Positions 1 through 8,954 of a DNA stretch of 64,000 bases are shown here, piece after piece (within the stretch, counting starts at the first letter, position 1; every line of letters begins with the position of its first letter). Source of the DNA: an uncultured delta proteobacterium (GTDB lineage Bacteria; Desulfobacterota; Binatia; JACPRU01); assembly GCA_963711395.1 (NCBI GenBank), contig CAVQEA010000006.1, forward strand, positions 26,647-90,646, given 5' to 3'. Both the position numbers and the translations under genes were made by a program. The notes beneath the pieces were generated by a model, which was not told where the DNA came from, searched no databases, and saw nothing but the letters and a program-made list of their open reading frames with translations.

Positions 1-26
1 CGTCGCCGGTCGCGAGCCACCGACTG

Positions 27-899
27 GTGGTACGCGCCGAGGAAGCCGGCAAGCGGCTCGACGTGTTGCTCGCCGAGCACATCCCGCAGCTCTCGCGCCG
101 CCGCGCCCGGGCGCTGATCGCGGCGGGTGCGGTCTCGATCGACCGCCGGCGCGTGCTGGTGCAATCACGGCCCGTCGCCGCGGGCGCCGAGGTCGTCTGC
201 CATCTGCAATCGTTCCCGTCGACCGAGTCCGCGGCGCTCGAGCCTTCGCGGATCGTCCACGAGGACGAGATGCTCCTCGCCATCGACAAGCCGAGCGGCA
301 CGCCGTCGCATCCGACCTTCGCACGCAAGTCGGGCACGGCGCTGCAGCTCGCCGAGGAGTTGTTGCGGCGACGCGAGCGCCGCAAGGTACCCCTCTGGCC
401 GCTTCACCGCCTCGATACCGCGACGTCGGGCTTGTTGCTGTTCGCCAAGACCCAAGCCGCGGCGCGCGCCGTCAATCAAAACTTCGCGCGCCGGCGCGTG
501 GCCAAGCGCTACATCGCGCTCGTCGCCGGCGCACCCTCCGCCGAGCCCGGCGAGATCCGCCTGCCCCTCGCCGAGGGGCACCTGCGCACGGTGCCTGCGC
601 ACGACGGCAAGGAAGCCGTCACGCGCTACCGTGTGCTCGAGACGATCTCGCCGCGTGCGTCGCTGGTCGAGCTCGAACCTCTGACTGGACGGATGCACCA
701 GCTTCGGGTGCATCTCGCGGCCATCGGCCACCCCGTGCTCGGGGACACCAAATACGGCGCCGTATCCGGCGGCTTTGCGCCGCGCCTGATGCTCCACGCC
801 TCGCGCCTCGAGCTTCCCCACCCGCGCGACGGCAGGCCTTTCGAGCTCGCAAGCTCCCCGCCGGAGGATTTCGCGGCCGTGGTGGCCACGCTCCGCTAG
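27..899 (+). CDS. RluA/RluD-family 23S rRNA pseudouridine synthase
   Basis: N-terminal S4-like domain (RLDVLLAEHIPQLSR), catalytic HRLDTATSG motif, TGRMHQLRVH and HPVLGDTKY motifs. Confidence 0.93.
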   Translation: MVRAEEAGKRLDVLLAEHIPQLSRRRARALIAAGAVSIDRRRVLVQSRPVAAGAEVVCHLQSFPSTESAALEPSRIVHEDEMLLAIDKPSGTPSHPTFARKSGTALQLAEELLRRRERRKVPLWPLHRLDTATSGLLLFAKTQAAARAVNQNFARRRVAKRYIALVAGAPSAEPGEIRLPLAEGHLRTVPAHDGKEAVTRYRVLETISPRASLVELEPLTGRMHQLRVHLAAIGHPVLGDTKYGAVSGGFAPRLMLHASRLELPHPRDGRPFELASSPPEDFAAVVATLR

Positions 900-918
900 T
901 CCCTCCTTTCCGCGCTCG

Positions 919-1527
919 CTACGGAGTCGGAGTGCGGCTGCGGAGCCGGCGCTGCAACGCCTCGCGGCGCTCTTCGGGAGGCATGGCGCGCCAGCGCTCG
1001 CGCAGCGCTCTGCGCTCGTCGGGAGACATCTGCTGCCAGCGCTTCCAGTTCTCGAGCAGGCGCTCGCGCTCGGCCGGCGACAGCGACTGGAAACGGTGGA
1101 GGCGCTCGAGAATCCGCGCACGCCGCTCGGCGGGCAAGCTCTGGAAGCGGCGATAGGAGTCTTCGAGCTCTTGGCGGCGGGACTCCGGAAGCTCGTTCCA
1201 GCGCTCGAAATCCTGCAGCACGCGCGCTCTCTCGTCCGGCGGCATCTGCCGGAACCGTCGAAAGCTCTCGCGAGCCGCGCGCCGCTCTTCGGGCGTCATG
1301 CGCCTCCACATCTCGAAATTGCGCCGTACCCGCTCCCGTTGCTCGGGCGTCATTCGCTTCCAGCGCTCGAGCTGTCGCTCGGCGGTGGCGCGGTCCTCGG
1401 GGCTCAGCCGGTCGAGGCCCTCGATCTCCGGCCGATCGGCCGGCGTCTGCGCCTGCGCGCGTGCCGGCGAACCGGCGAGCAAAGCTCCCAGCAACATGGC
1501 GAGAATCGCCAGCCGGCGGCTCTTCAC
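919..1527 (-). CDS. Exported DUF3106-like helical repeat protein
   Basis: GTG start, signal peptide (VKSRRLAILAMLLGALLAGSPARA), about nine 18-aa repeats of the type WxxMxPEERxRxxExFxR; last gene of the ECF operon. Confidence 0.8.
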   Translation of the reverse strand: MKSRRLAILAMLLGALLAGSPARAQAQTPADRPEIEGLDRLSPEDRATAERQLERWKRMTPEQRERVRRNFEMWRRMTPEERRAARESFRRFRQMPPDERARVLQDFERWNELPESRRQELEDSYRRFQSLPAERRARILERLHRFQSLSPAERERLLENWKRWQQMSPDERRALRERWRAMPPEERREALQRRLRSRTPTP

Positions 1528-1528
1528 G

Positions 1529-1813
1529 TCAACGCCCCCTCGATTGCGGCTCGGGCCTCGATTCGTCGGAATCGGGGCCGAGATCGAGATCCTCGAGCGG
1601 CTCGCGCCCGCCCGGCGAAGCGCTCTCGCCACGAACCGAGCGTCGGTCGAACCCGGGGTCCGCGAGCAGATCGAGCTCGAGCAACATCTCGGCCGGCGCC
1701 GGGTCCGCCGGTGCGGCCCCGCGCTGCTCCGCCGCCTGCGCTCGGGAAGTGGCCGGCGTGAGCAGCGCCGCCGCCAGGACCCATCGACCGATCGACCGCT
1801 TCGACGCGCGCAT
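1529..1813 (-). CDS. Small exported acidic hypothetical protein
   Basis: Signal-peptide-like N-terminus (WVLAAALLTPATSRA); fits tightly between the anti-sigma and DUF3106-like genes; acidic LELDLLAD / LEDLDL motifs. Confidence 0.6.
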   Translation of the reverse strand: MRASKRSIGRWVLAAALLTPATSRAQAAEQRGAAPADPAPAEMLLELDLLADPGFDRRSVRGESASPGGREPLEDLDLGPDSDESRPEPQSRGR

Positions 1814-1816
1814 TCA

Positions 1817-2314
1817 TCATCCGCTACTCGCGCCGCTCGATGGCGAGAGCGCGTCGAGGTCCTGCACGACGTCGAGATCCTCGAGCAAGTCGAGGTTCTC
1901 GGCGACGGAGTAGTCGCGCAGCATGTCGAGATGGCCGCCGATGGCGACCTCCTGGAAGGGAAGCTCCTCGCCGCCCGGCGATTCCGGGACACTCGGGCGA
2001 AGCACCAGGAGGAGGCCGATCGCGGCGACTGCCGCGGTCGCCGCGATCGGGACGAGCCGCGGCACCCCCCAGCTCCAGCGAGGCGTGGAGCGAGCGGCGA
2101 GCTTGCGGCGGAGCTCCGCCCGGTAGCGGCGCCAATCTGGCTCGGGGGGAACGGGCCGCGCGGCGCGCAACGCCTCGAGGGCGCCTCGGATCTCCTCGAG
2201 GCTCTCGCGGCAAGTTGCGCATTCTCGCAAGTGCCGCGACACGCTCTCTTCCTCCTCCCCGCGAAGCTCGCCGCGCAGGTGCGGGAGGAGCTCGGTCTCG
2301 GGATGTCGCGTCAC
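1817..2314 (-). CDS. zf-HC2 (ZAS) membrane anti-sigma factor
   Basis: HLRECATC (HxxxCxxC) motif, one TM helix, acidic C-terminal tail; directly downstream of the ECF sigma gene. Confidence 0.88.
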   Translation of the reverse strand: MTRHPETELLPHLRGELRGEEEESVSRHLRECATCRESLEEIRGALEALRAARPVPPEPDWRRYRAELRRKLAARSTPRWSWGVPRLVPIAATAAVAAIGLLLVLRPSVPESPGGEELPFQEVAIGGHLDMLRDYSVAENLDLLEDLDVVQDLDALSPSSGASSG

Positions 2315-2315
2315 C

Positions 2316-2888
2316 TCATCCCTCCGCCAGGACCTTGCGCAACGCGCTCACCCCGCGATGGAGATGAACGCGTACCGTGGCTTCCGAACAGTCGAGCATG
2401 CCGGCGATCTCCTTCGTGGAGAGGTCTTCCTCGAGCTGCAGCGCCAGCGCCGCGCGCTGCTGCGGCGACAACCCACGAAGCGCTTGCCGTACCTTCGTCA
2501 TCAGCTCACTCTTCGCGGCCCGCGCGGCAGGGTCGTCTTCGGGCGGCGCTGGCTGGCGCTCGAGCGCCTCGCTCGGCGCGGAGTCGATGTCGGTCGTAAG
2601 CCAGCGCCCGAGCCAGCTCCGGCGCCGGCGGCGGTGGTCGAGGCAGAGGTTGACGAGAATGCGGTGGAACCAGGTCGAAAACTTCGCGCGGCCGTCGAAG
2701 CTCGATGCGCGCTCGAACAAGCGCAGGAAGGCTTCCTGCGACAGGTCCTCGGCCTCGTCGGCGTCCCCGAGAATCGACCAGGCGAGGCGATAGGCGCGCG
2801 CCTGGTGACGCTCGACCAAGCGCTCGAATGCGTCTTCGTCGCGCTGCGACCCGACTCGTCGGCAGAGCGCTTCATCGGAGAGCTCCAC
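2316..2888 (-). CDS. ECF RNA polymerase sigma-70 factor
   Basis: Region 2 (AEDLSQEAFLR...FSTWFHRILVNLC) and region 4 (LSTKEIAGMLDCSEATVRVHLHRG). Confidence 0.95.
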   Translation of the reverse strand: MELSDEALCRRVGSQRDEDAFERLVERHQARAYRLAWSILGDADEAEDLSQEAFLRLFERASSFDGRAKFSTWFHRILVNLCLDHRRRRRSWLGRWLTTDIDSAPSEALERQPAPPEDDPAARAAKSELMTKVRQALRGLSPQQRAALALQLEEDLSTKEIAGMLDCSEATVRVHLHRGVSALRKVLAEG

Positions 2889-2997
2889 GTCAGGTCGTCA
2901 TCTTTCCATCGTCCCATGGTCGTCGACAACGGGAGGGATCTCTCCGCGAGGTCCCGCCCGTCTTCGCGCGGATCCGTAGCCGGCGCGTCGCGTCCCC

Positions 2998-3438
2998 TCA
3001 CCGGCGGTCGTAGCGGTAGTCGCGCCAGTCGCCGGCGAGCTCCTGCCGGTCGCGGTGGACGTCGCGGTAGTCGCTCTGCAGATCCCGGCGCTCGACGCGG
3101 GCAGCGGCATAGTCGTTCCTTCTCAGGTCGGCGCGGAGCTCGCGCCGATCGCGGTACACGTCACGATAGTCGTTCCCGAGACTGACCCGGTCCGCGCGGA
3201 GCTCGCGGCGGTCGGCACGCAAATCCCGCCGGTCGGCACGGAGGTCGCGGTAGTCCCCTACGAGGTCGCGACGCTGGTCCCTCGCCGCCGTCCAATCGTG
3301 GTTGCGAACGTCTCGGCCGAGTTCGACGCGATCGCGATGGATGTCGCGCCAGTCGCGGCGGATCTCGCCCGCCTGCGCGCCGAGCGCGAGCGCCAAGACG
3401 AGCGCGCCGGACACCGTCAGCTTCTTCGAAATGTTCAT
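2998..3438 (-). CDS. Exported heptad-repeat (LRADRRD-type) protein
   Basis: Signal peptide MNISKKLTVSGALVLALALGAQA; mature part almost entirely hxxDxR(D/E) heptads; GGAGG RBS upstream. Confidence 0.8.
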   Translation of the reverse strand: MNISKKLTVSGALVLALALGAQAGEIRRDWRDIHRDRVELGRDVRNHDWTAARDQRRDLVGDYRDLRADRRDLRADRRELRADRVSLGNDYRDVYRDRRELRADLRRNDYAAARVERRDLQSDYRDVHRDRQELAGDWRDYRYDRR

Positions 3439-3477
3439 CTCGCTTCCTCCTGCGGGGATCTCGATCCCTGCGAAGCG

Positions 3478-3508
3478 TTCGACGAAGGCCGCGGCCCGGC
3501 CGTTTACA
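3478..3508 (-). promoter_or_regulatory. Candidate ECF-sigma-dependent promoter (TGTAAAC-N17-CGTC)
   Basis: Minus strand reads TGTAAAC, 17 nt, CGTCGAA, about 40 nt upstream of the first gene of the ECF operon; matches the AAC/CGT pattern of ECF promoters. Confidence 0.55.
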
Positions 3509-3591
3509 CGCCCACCGAAGCGGCGCTAAGTATTGAGGCCGGTTACGATTTCACGTTCTCCACGAGCCCGACGAATGATCCAGAACGCGGC

Positions 3592-4356
3592 ATGAAGAGC
3601 GCGCACGGCGCCGACGGCTGCGCGCTTGCGTGGACCGAGACCGGGGCAGGCAAACCCGTGCTGCTGATCCACGGCTTCGCCTCCACGGCGCGGCGCAATT
3701 GGCAGGAGACGGGATGGATGGACGCGCTCGGTCGCGCCGGATACCGCGTGATCGCTTACGATCAGCGCGGGCACGGCGACAGCGAGAAGCGCTACGATCC
3801 CGAAGACTATGGTCCGCAACGCCTGATGGAAGACGCCGTCGCCGTGCTCGACGCCGCCGCGGTCGAGCGTGCGATCATCATGGGCTATTCGATGGGCGCG
3901 CGCGTCGCGCTCGAAGTGGCGCTGCGTCGCCCCGCCCGCGTCCGAGCCTCGGTCCTCGCCGGCATGGGCATCGAGTTCCGTGACTTCGGCGGCCCGCGCT
4001 ACGACCGGGAGATCGTCGCGCGCGCGCTCGAGTCCGAGGACACGAGCGGTCTCCCACGAGGAGCGCTGTTCTACCGCCGCTTCGCCGACCAGATGCAGGC
4101 GGACCGCCGCGCCCTCGCGGCGTGCTGGCGCAGGCCGATCCGCGAGCTCGACGCGACGGACCTCGCCGCCGTGACGCTGCCCGTGTTGTTCACGGTCGGC
4201 GCCCGCGACGAGGTCGCGGGAGATCCCGAGCCGCTCGCCGCGGCCATGGGGAACGCCAAGGTGGTGCGGCTCGCCGGCAAGGACCACATGACCGCCGTCG
4301 GCGCCAAGCAGCACCGCGAGGCCGTGCTGGCCTTCTTCGCCGAGCTCGGCGATTGA
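3592..4356 (+). CDS. Alpha/beta hydrolase
   Basis: HGF oxyanion motif, YDQRGHGDS, GYSMG nucleophile elbow, C-terminal Asp/His (RDEV...KDHM); true start at MKSAHG. Confidence 0.9.
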   Translation: MKSAHGADGCALAWTETGAGKPVLLIHGFASTARRNWQETGWMDALGRAGYRVIAYDQRGHGDSEKRYDPEDYGPQRLMEDAVAVLDAAAVERAIIMGYSMGARVALEVALRRPARVRASVLAGMGIEFRDFGGPRYDREIVARALESEDTSGLPRGALFYRRFADQMQADRRALAACWRRPIRELDATDLAAVTLPVLFTVGARDEVAGDPEPLAAAMGNAKVVRLAGKDHMTAVGAKQHREAVLAFFAELGD

Positions 4357-4389
4357 CACCGGGGTCGAGCGCGTTCGAGAACCGCGGTC

Positions 4390-5142
4390 ATGACGAACCA
4401 ACGCACCGCTACGCTGGTCACCGGCGCCCTCGGCGGCCTCGGTACCGCAATCGTCGATCGATTGCTCGACGACGGCGGCGACGTGATCGCCTGCGATCGC
4501 CGCGCCGAAGACCTACCCGCCTGGCTCGAGCGATTCGCCCCGAGCAGGCGCCCGCGCATCGAGTTCCATCCCGTCGACCTCACCAAGGAGTCGCAGGTCG
4601 ACGACCTGAAGCGCGTGCTCGACGAGGAGCGCGTGCACGTGGATCGGCTGGTCAACAACGCCGGCATCCAGGGCGCCGCCGACGTCTGGAAGATGGACTC
4701 GAAGACGTGGGAGCGCGTGCTGCGAGTGAATCTCTTCGGCACGTTCTACATGACCCGCGCCTTCAGCGAGGCCATGGTCGAGCGCGGCTTCGGCCGCATC
4801 GTCAACTTCGCCTCCGTCTACGCGTATCACCCCGGACCCGGCCAGTCGCCGTACGCCGCCGCCAAGGCGGGCATCATCGGCTACACGCATTCGACGGCGC
4901 TGGATCTCGCCCCGCACGGCGTCACCGTCAACGTCATCGCCCCCGGCCTCATCTGGCACGAGCGACTGCGCGGCGTCGTCGCCGAGGAGATCCTCGCCAA
5001 GATGAAGTCACAGATCCCCGTGGGCCGCTCCGGACGGCCCGAGGAGATCGCCCACGCGGTGGCGTTCCTGCTCTCCGAGCAGGCGGCCTACATCACCGGA
5101 CAGACGATCCACGTCAACGGCGGGCTCTATCTTCCCGGCTAG
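4390..5142 (+). CDS. SDR oxidoreductase (FabG/PhaB-like)
   Basis: TGALGGLG, NNAG, YAAAK, ITGQTIHVNGG. Confidence 0.92.
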   Translation: MTNQRTATLVTGALGGLGTAIVDRLLDDGGDVIACDRRAEDLPAWLERFAPSRRPRIEFHPVDLTKESQVDDLKRVLDEERVHVDRLVNNAGIQGAADVWKMDSKTWERVLRVNLFGTFYMTRAFSEAMVERGFGRIVNFASVYAYHPGPGQSPYAAAKAGIIGYTHSTALDLAPHGVTVNVIAPGLIWHERLRGVVAEEILAKMKSQIPVGRSGRPEEIAHAVAFLLSEQAAYITGQTIHVNGGLYLPG

Positions 5143-6587
5143 CGAGGCAGCAGGTGGACCGAGCGGCTCGCCAGCTCGAGGAGCGGCGTGTGATGCAAGC
5201 CGAGCCCGACCGCCGCTACCCCTAGGGACGCCATCAGGCACGCATCGTAGGCGCGTAGACGCGCCGGCGGCGCGACGTCGGCCCGTTCGAGCATTCGGCG
5301 TATCACCCTCCAGTACGCGACGAACCCCAAGCCGTAGTTGAGGAGCGCGACGGCCACGAAGCCGTCGGGCGCCGACGCGGCGGCCTGCAAGACCTGAAGC
5401 TTGGCGGGAAACCCGACCAGGCCGGGGACTCCCGCTAGCGACAGCAGGAACACGCCGAGCCCGATCCCGAGGGACCAGCCGCCACCGCGCAGCAAGCCCC
5501 GACAGGCCGCGAGGTCGTCGCTTCCCCGCGCTCGTTCGATGAGCGCCGCGACGTGGAACGCGCCGATCGCCGACAACCCCGAGGCCACCACGTAGAACAG
5601 AGCGGCCCGTAGGCCGGCGTCGGTCGCCGACGCCACGGCGAGCAGCGCGTACCCGACGTGCGCGGCCGCCGTGGCGACGAGCACGCGGCGCACGGAGCGC
5701 TCGCGGAGCGCGCCGAGGTTGCCGATGGTCATCGCCGCAGCCGCGCAGGCTCCGACGAGCCACGCCCAGTCGGGGCCGGGCTGCTCCGCCCAGCGCCCTC
5801 CCGCGGCGCGAGTCGACAACACCGGCAGGAGGATGCGCGTCGAGAACGCCAGGCCGACGGCGGCGAAACCCACGGCGACGAGCGCATCGAGCGCGAGAGA
5901 CTCGCGATCCGCCCTCCCCCACCCCGCGACGAGCACGCGGCCCGGCAGCGCCAGCAGCATCGCGGCGACCGCGATCGTCAGCGGCACTCGAGCGACCGAA
6001 CCGACGCCCGCCAGGCGGGCGTGCACGAGCTCGTAGTCGGCGGACTGCGCGAAGCCCGCCAGCCACGCCACGGCGCCCAGCATGGCCAGCGATGCACCCA
6101 CGGCGGCGGCGCGCCGCGCGCTCGTCGGGGGATCGCTCGATTGGGCGAGCCACAGGGTCCACAGCCCGAGGCTCGCGAGCTCCACGGCCAGGTACGCCAT
6201 CCACAAGTTCGCCGCCCCGGCCATGAGATCGAGACCCACTGCGGTCAGCAGGACGAGCGCGCACGACCATCCATGGTCACGGCTCGCCGGCGGCGGCGAC
6301 TCGAGCGAGATCCACAGGCTCGCCACCGTCACGACGCCGACGACGATCGTGAAGAAGATCGCGAAGTCGTCGACGATCAGCGCGCGCTCGAAGATCCACA
6401 CCTCGCCGGAACCCGCGAGCCGCGACGCGAGCAGGACCGAGACAGAGGCGCCGAGGATCGCCAGCTCGCCGAGCTCGCTGCGATCGAGACGCTGAAAGCA
6501 GGCGAGCAGAGCGACGACGCCGGCGCTCAGCAACAGAGCGAGCGCGGGCCCGAAGTACGCGAAGCTCTGCCAGCCGGCGATCTCCAA
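5139..6587 (-). CDS. Orphan NuoN/MrpD-like proton-conducting membrane transporter (divergent)
   Basis: Multi-TM; LIVDDFAIFF, YLAVELASL, MTIGNLGAL, AHVGYALL, LSLAGVPGLVGFPAK are NuoN-type motifs; start (TTG) inferred; no other nuo genes nearby. Confidence 0.75.
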   Translation of the reverse strand: MEIAGWQSFAYFGPALALLLSAGVVALLACFQRLDRSELGELAILGASVSVLLASRLAGSGEVWIFERALIVDDFAIFFTIVVGVVTVASLWISLESPPPASRDHGWSCALVLLTAVGLDLMAGAANLWMAYLAVELASLGLWTLWLAQSSDPPTSARRAAAVGASLAMLGAVAWLAGFAQSADYELVHARLAGVGSVARVPLTIAVAAMLLALPGRVLVAGWGRADRESLALDALVAVGFAAVGLAFSTRILLPVLSTRAAGGRWAEQPGPDWAWLVGACAAAAMTIGNLGALRERSVRRVLVATAAAHVGYALLAVASATDAGLRAALFYVVASGLSAIGAFHVAALIERARGSDDLAACRGLLRGGGWSLGIGLGVFLLSLAGVPGLVGFPAKLQVLQAAASAPDGFVAVALLNYGLGFVAYWRVIRRMLERADVAPPARLRAYDACLMASLGVAAVGLGLHHTPLLELASRSVHLLPR

Positions 6588-6636
6588 CGCGCGGGGATCA
6601 TAGCTGCCTCGGGGCCCACGGAGAACGCCCGCGCAC

Positions 6637-7695
6637 CTAGCTTCCCGGCCCGCTGACGCCGGCGGATTCGAACGACGCCATCTCGGCGAGCACCCGCGCG
6701 GCGGCGTCCAGCAGCGGCAACGCCAGCACCGCGCCGGTGCCTTCGCCGAGCCGCAGGCCGAGATCGAGGATCGGCTCCAAGCCGAGAGCGCCGAGCGCGG
6801 CCGAGTGACCCGACTCCGCCGAGCGATGCCCGGCGAAGAGGTAGTCGAGGGCGAGCGGCGCGATCGCGACGGCCACCAACGCGGCGGCGCCGGCGATGAA
6901 GCCGTCGAGCACGACCGCCATGCGCTCCGCGGCGGCACCGAGGATCACCCCGACCAAGCCGGCGATCTCGAAGCCGCCGAGCCGCGCCAGCGCCTCGAGC
7001 GGGCGCTCCGGCGACGCCCGATTGACCGCCAGCGCCCGCTCGACGACGGCGATCTTGTGTGCGAAGGCGTCGTCGGCCACGCCGGTACCTCGGCCCGTCA
7101 CCTCGGCCGGCGGTCGCGCGGTGAAGAGCGACGTCAACGCCGCCGCGGACGTGGTGTTGCCGATGCCCATGTCTCCGGTCGCGACGATCCGGCATCCCCG
7201 ACTCGCGAGCTCCGCCACGATCGCCGCGCCGGTCGCGATCGCCCGCAGCGCGTCGTCGTCGCGCATCGCCGCTCCCTCGCTGATGTCCGCGGTGCCCGCG
7301 CCGAGCGCGCAGCGCCGCACCGAGGCGGGCCAAGCGTGGCTTCCGGCGACGCCCATGTCGACGATCTCGGTCGCGGCGTCCATCTGGCGCGACAGCACGT
7401 TGATCGCCGCTCCTCCCGCGGCGAAGTTGTGCACCATCTGCGCCGTCACCGCGGCGGGATAGGCGCTGACGCCCTGGCGCGTCACGCCGTGATCCGCGGC
7501 CATGACGACGACTGCACGAGGCGACGTCGTGAAGCTCGTCGTCCGGTAGATCGCGGCGAGCCGGACCGCGATGGATTCGAGCCGGCCGAGGCTGCCGAGC
7601 GGCTTGGTCTTCTGATCGAGAATGCGCTGCGCCGCCCTCCCGGCTTCCGCGCTCGGCGGCGCGATCCGCGAGGTGACGTCGAGGAGATTCTTCAT
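6637..7695 (-). CDS. cobT: Nicotinate-nucleotide:dimethylbenzimidazole phosphoribosyltransferase
   Basis: TKPLGSLGRLE, AADHGV, GDMGIGNTT, LDLGLRLGEGTGA. Confidence 0.96.
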   Translation of the reverse strand: MKNLLDVTSRIAPPSAEAGRAAQRILDQKTKPLGSLGRLESIAVRLAAIYRTTSFTTSPRAVVVMAADHGVTRQGVSAYPAAVTAQMVHNFAAGGAAINVLSRQMDAATEIVDMGVAGSHAWPASVRRCALGAGTADISEGAAMRDDDALRAIATGAAIVAELASRGCRIVATGDMGIGNTTSAAALTSLFTARPPAEVTGRGTGVADDAFAHKIAVVERALAVNRASPERPLEALARLGGFEIAGLVGVILGAAAERMAVVLDGFIAGAAALVAVAIAPLALDYLFAGHRSAESGHSAALGALGLEPILDLGLRLGEGTGAVLALPLLDAAARVLAEMASFESAGVSGPGS

Positions 7696-7705
7696 GTCGT
7701 CCCCA

Positions 7706-8230
7706 CTATTTGATGCGCAGCGCTCGGCCGGCGACCACGAGATGGGCTTCGTCGGCCGCCTCGACCACGCGTTGGTTCATGAAGCCCGCGGCGTCACGGA
7801 ACGCACGTCCGAGCGGGCTTTCGGGCACGATGCCGAATCCCACCTCGTTGGTGACGACGACGACCGCGGCGCGCCGCGCCCGGAGAGCTCGCAGCAGCTC
7901 ATCGACCGAGGGCACGGGATCGAAGCCCGGGTCGTCGTCCATGAGGTTCGCCAGCCAGAGCGTCAGGCAATCGACCAGCACCACGCCGCTTGCAAGGCGC
8001 CGCAGCGCCGGCGCGAGGCGACGCGGCGCTTCGACGGTCCGCCAGCCCCGCGGGCGGTCGGCGCGATGGCGCGCGATGCGCGCCGCCATCTCCTCGTCTC
8101 CCGCTTCGGCCGTGGCGATGAAGACCCGCGGCGGCCCGAGCCCGCCGGCGCGCTCGAGGGCGAAACGGCTCTTGCCGGAGCGAGCGCCGCCGGTCACCAG
8201 AACGAGCGGGCGCGACCGGAGCTTGCTCAT
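7706..8230 (-). CDS. cobU: Bifunctional adenosylcobinamide kinase / cobinamide-phosphate guanylyltransferase
   Basis: TGGARSGKS P-loop, RIARHR, VDCLTLW, VTNEVGFGIVP; start at MSKLRS. Confidence 0.95.
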   Translation of the reverse strand: MSKLRSRPLVLVTGGARSGKSRFALERAGGLGPPRVFIATAEAGDEEMAARIARHRADRPRGWRTVEAPRRLAPALRRLASGVVLVDCLTLWLANLMDDDPGFDPVPSVDELLRALRARRAAVVVVTNEVGFGIVPESPLGRAFRDAAGFMNQRVVEAADEAHLVVAGRALRIK

Positions 8231-8954
8231 CGGCTTGCCGACACCGCGAGGGTCAACGTCTCGGCGAGGAGCCCCGCGGCGCCGAGCACGTCGCCGGTGA
8301 CGCCGCCGAACGCAGACGTGGCGAACCGCCGAAGCACCACGGCCGACAGGGCGACGACGAGCCAGGCCACGGCCGCCGCGCGTGCCGGCCGCGGGCACCA
8401 CCACCACAAGCGACAGCACGGTGGCCACCGCGAGGTCGCGCCGCCCGACCTCGCGAACGAAGGCCGCGCCGAGCCCATCGGGTCGCGCGCTCGGCGCGCC
8501 CGCCCCGCTCGCCACCATCGCCCAGCGGCCGAGCACGGGAGCCGCCAGCAGCGCGCCGGTGCGGGCGGCGCCGCGAAGCGCGCCGAGCGCCGCCAGCTCG
8601 GCCGCGACGGCGAGCACCACCGACAGCACCGCGAACACGCCGACCGCGCCGTCGCGCATCACGCGCAGGCGCTCCTCGCGGCCGGCGACGCCGAGCGCGT
8701 CGAAGGTATCGGCGAGGCCGTCGTAGTGAATGGCGCCCGTGGCCCACGCCCAGGCCGTCAACACGAAGACGTCCCGGAGCGCGGCGGGAAAGCGGCGCCG
8801 CCAGACGATCGACGGCGAGCCCGACGCCGCCGAGCAGCAGGCCGACGAGCGGAAACGCCGCGGCGCCGAAACCGGCAGGCGCCGTGCGCGCCGGCAGCGG
8901 CAAGCGGGTGAGGAACCGCAGCGCCGCCAGGAGCTCGCCGGCAAGCCGACTCAC
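8227..8954 (-). CDS. cobS: Adenosylcobinamide-GDP ribazoletransferase (frameshifted in this assembly)
   Basis: ALRFLTRLP, TGAIHYDGLADTFD, VMRDGAVG and FGGVTGDVLGA are spread over three frames. Confidence 0.9.

Noticed and set aside
2998-3360. 21-bp periodic DNA repeats as a CRISPR array or VNTR
   Set aside because: They are degenerate coding heptad repeats without unique spacers, and no cas genes are present.
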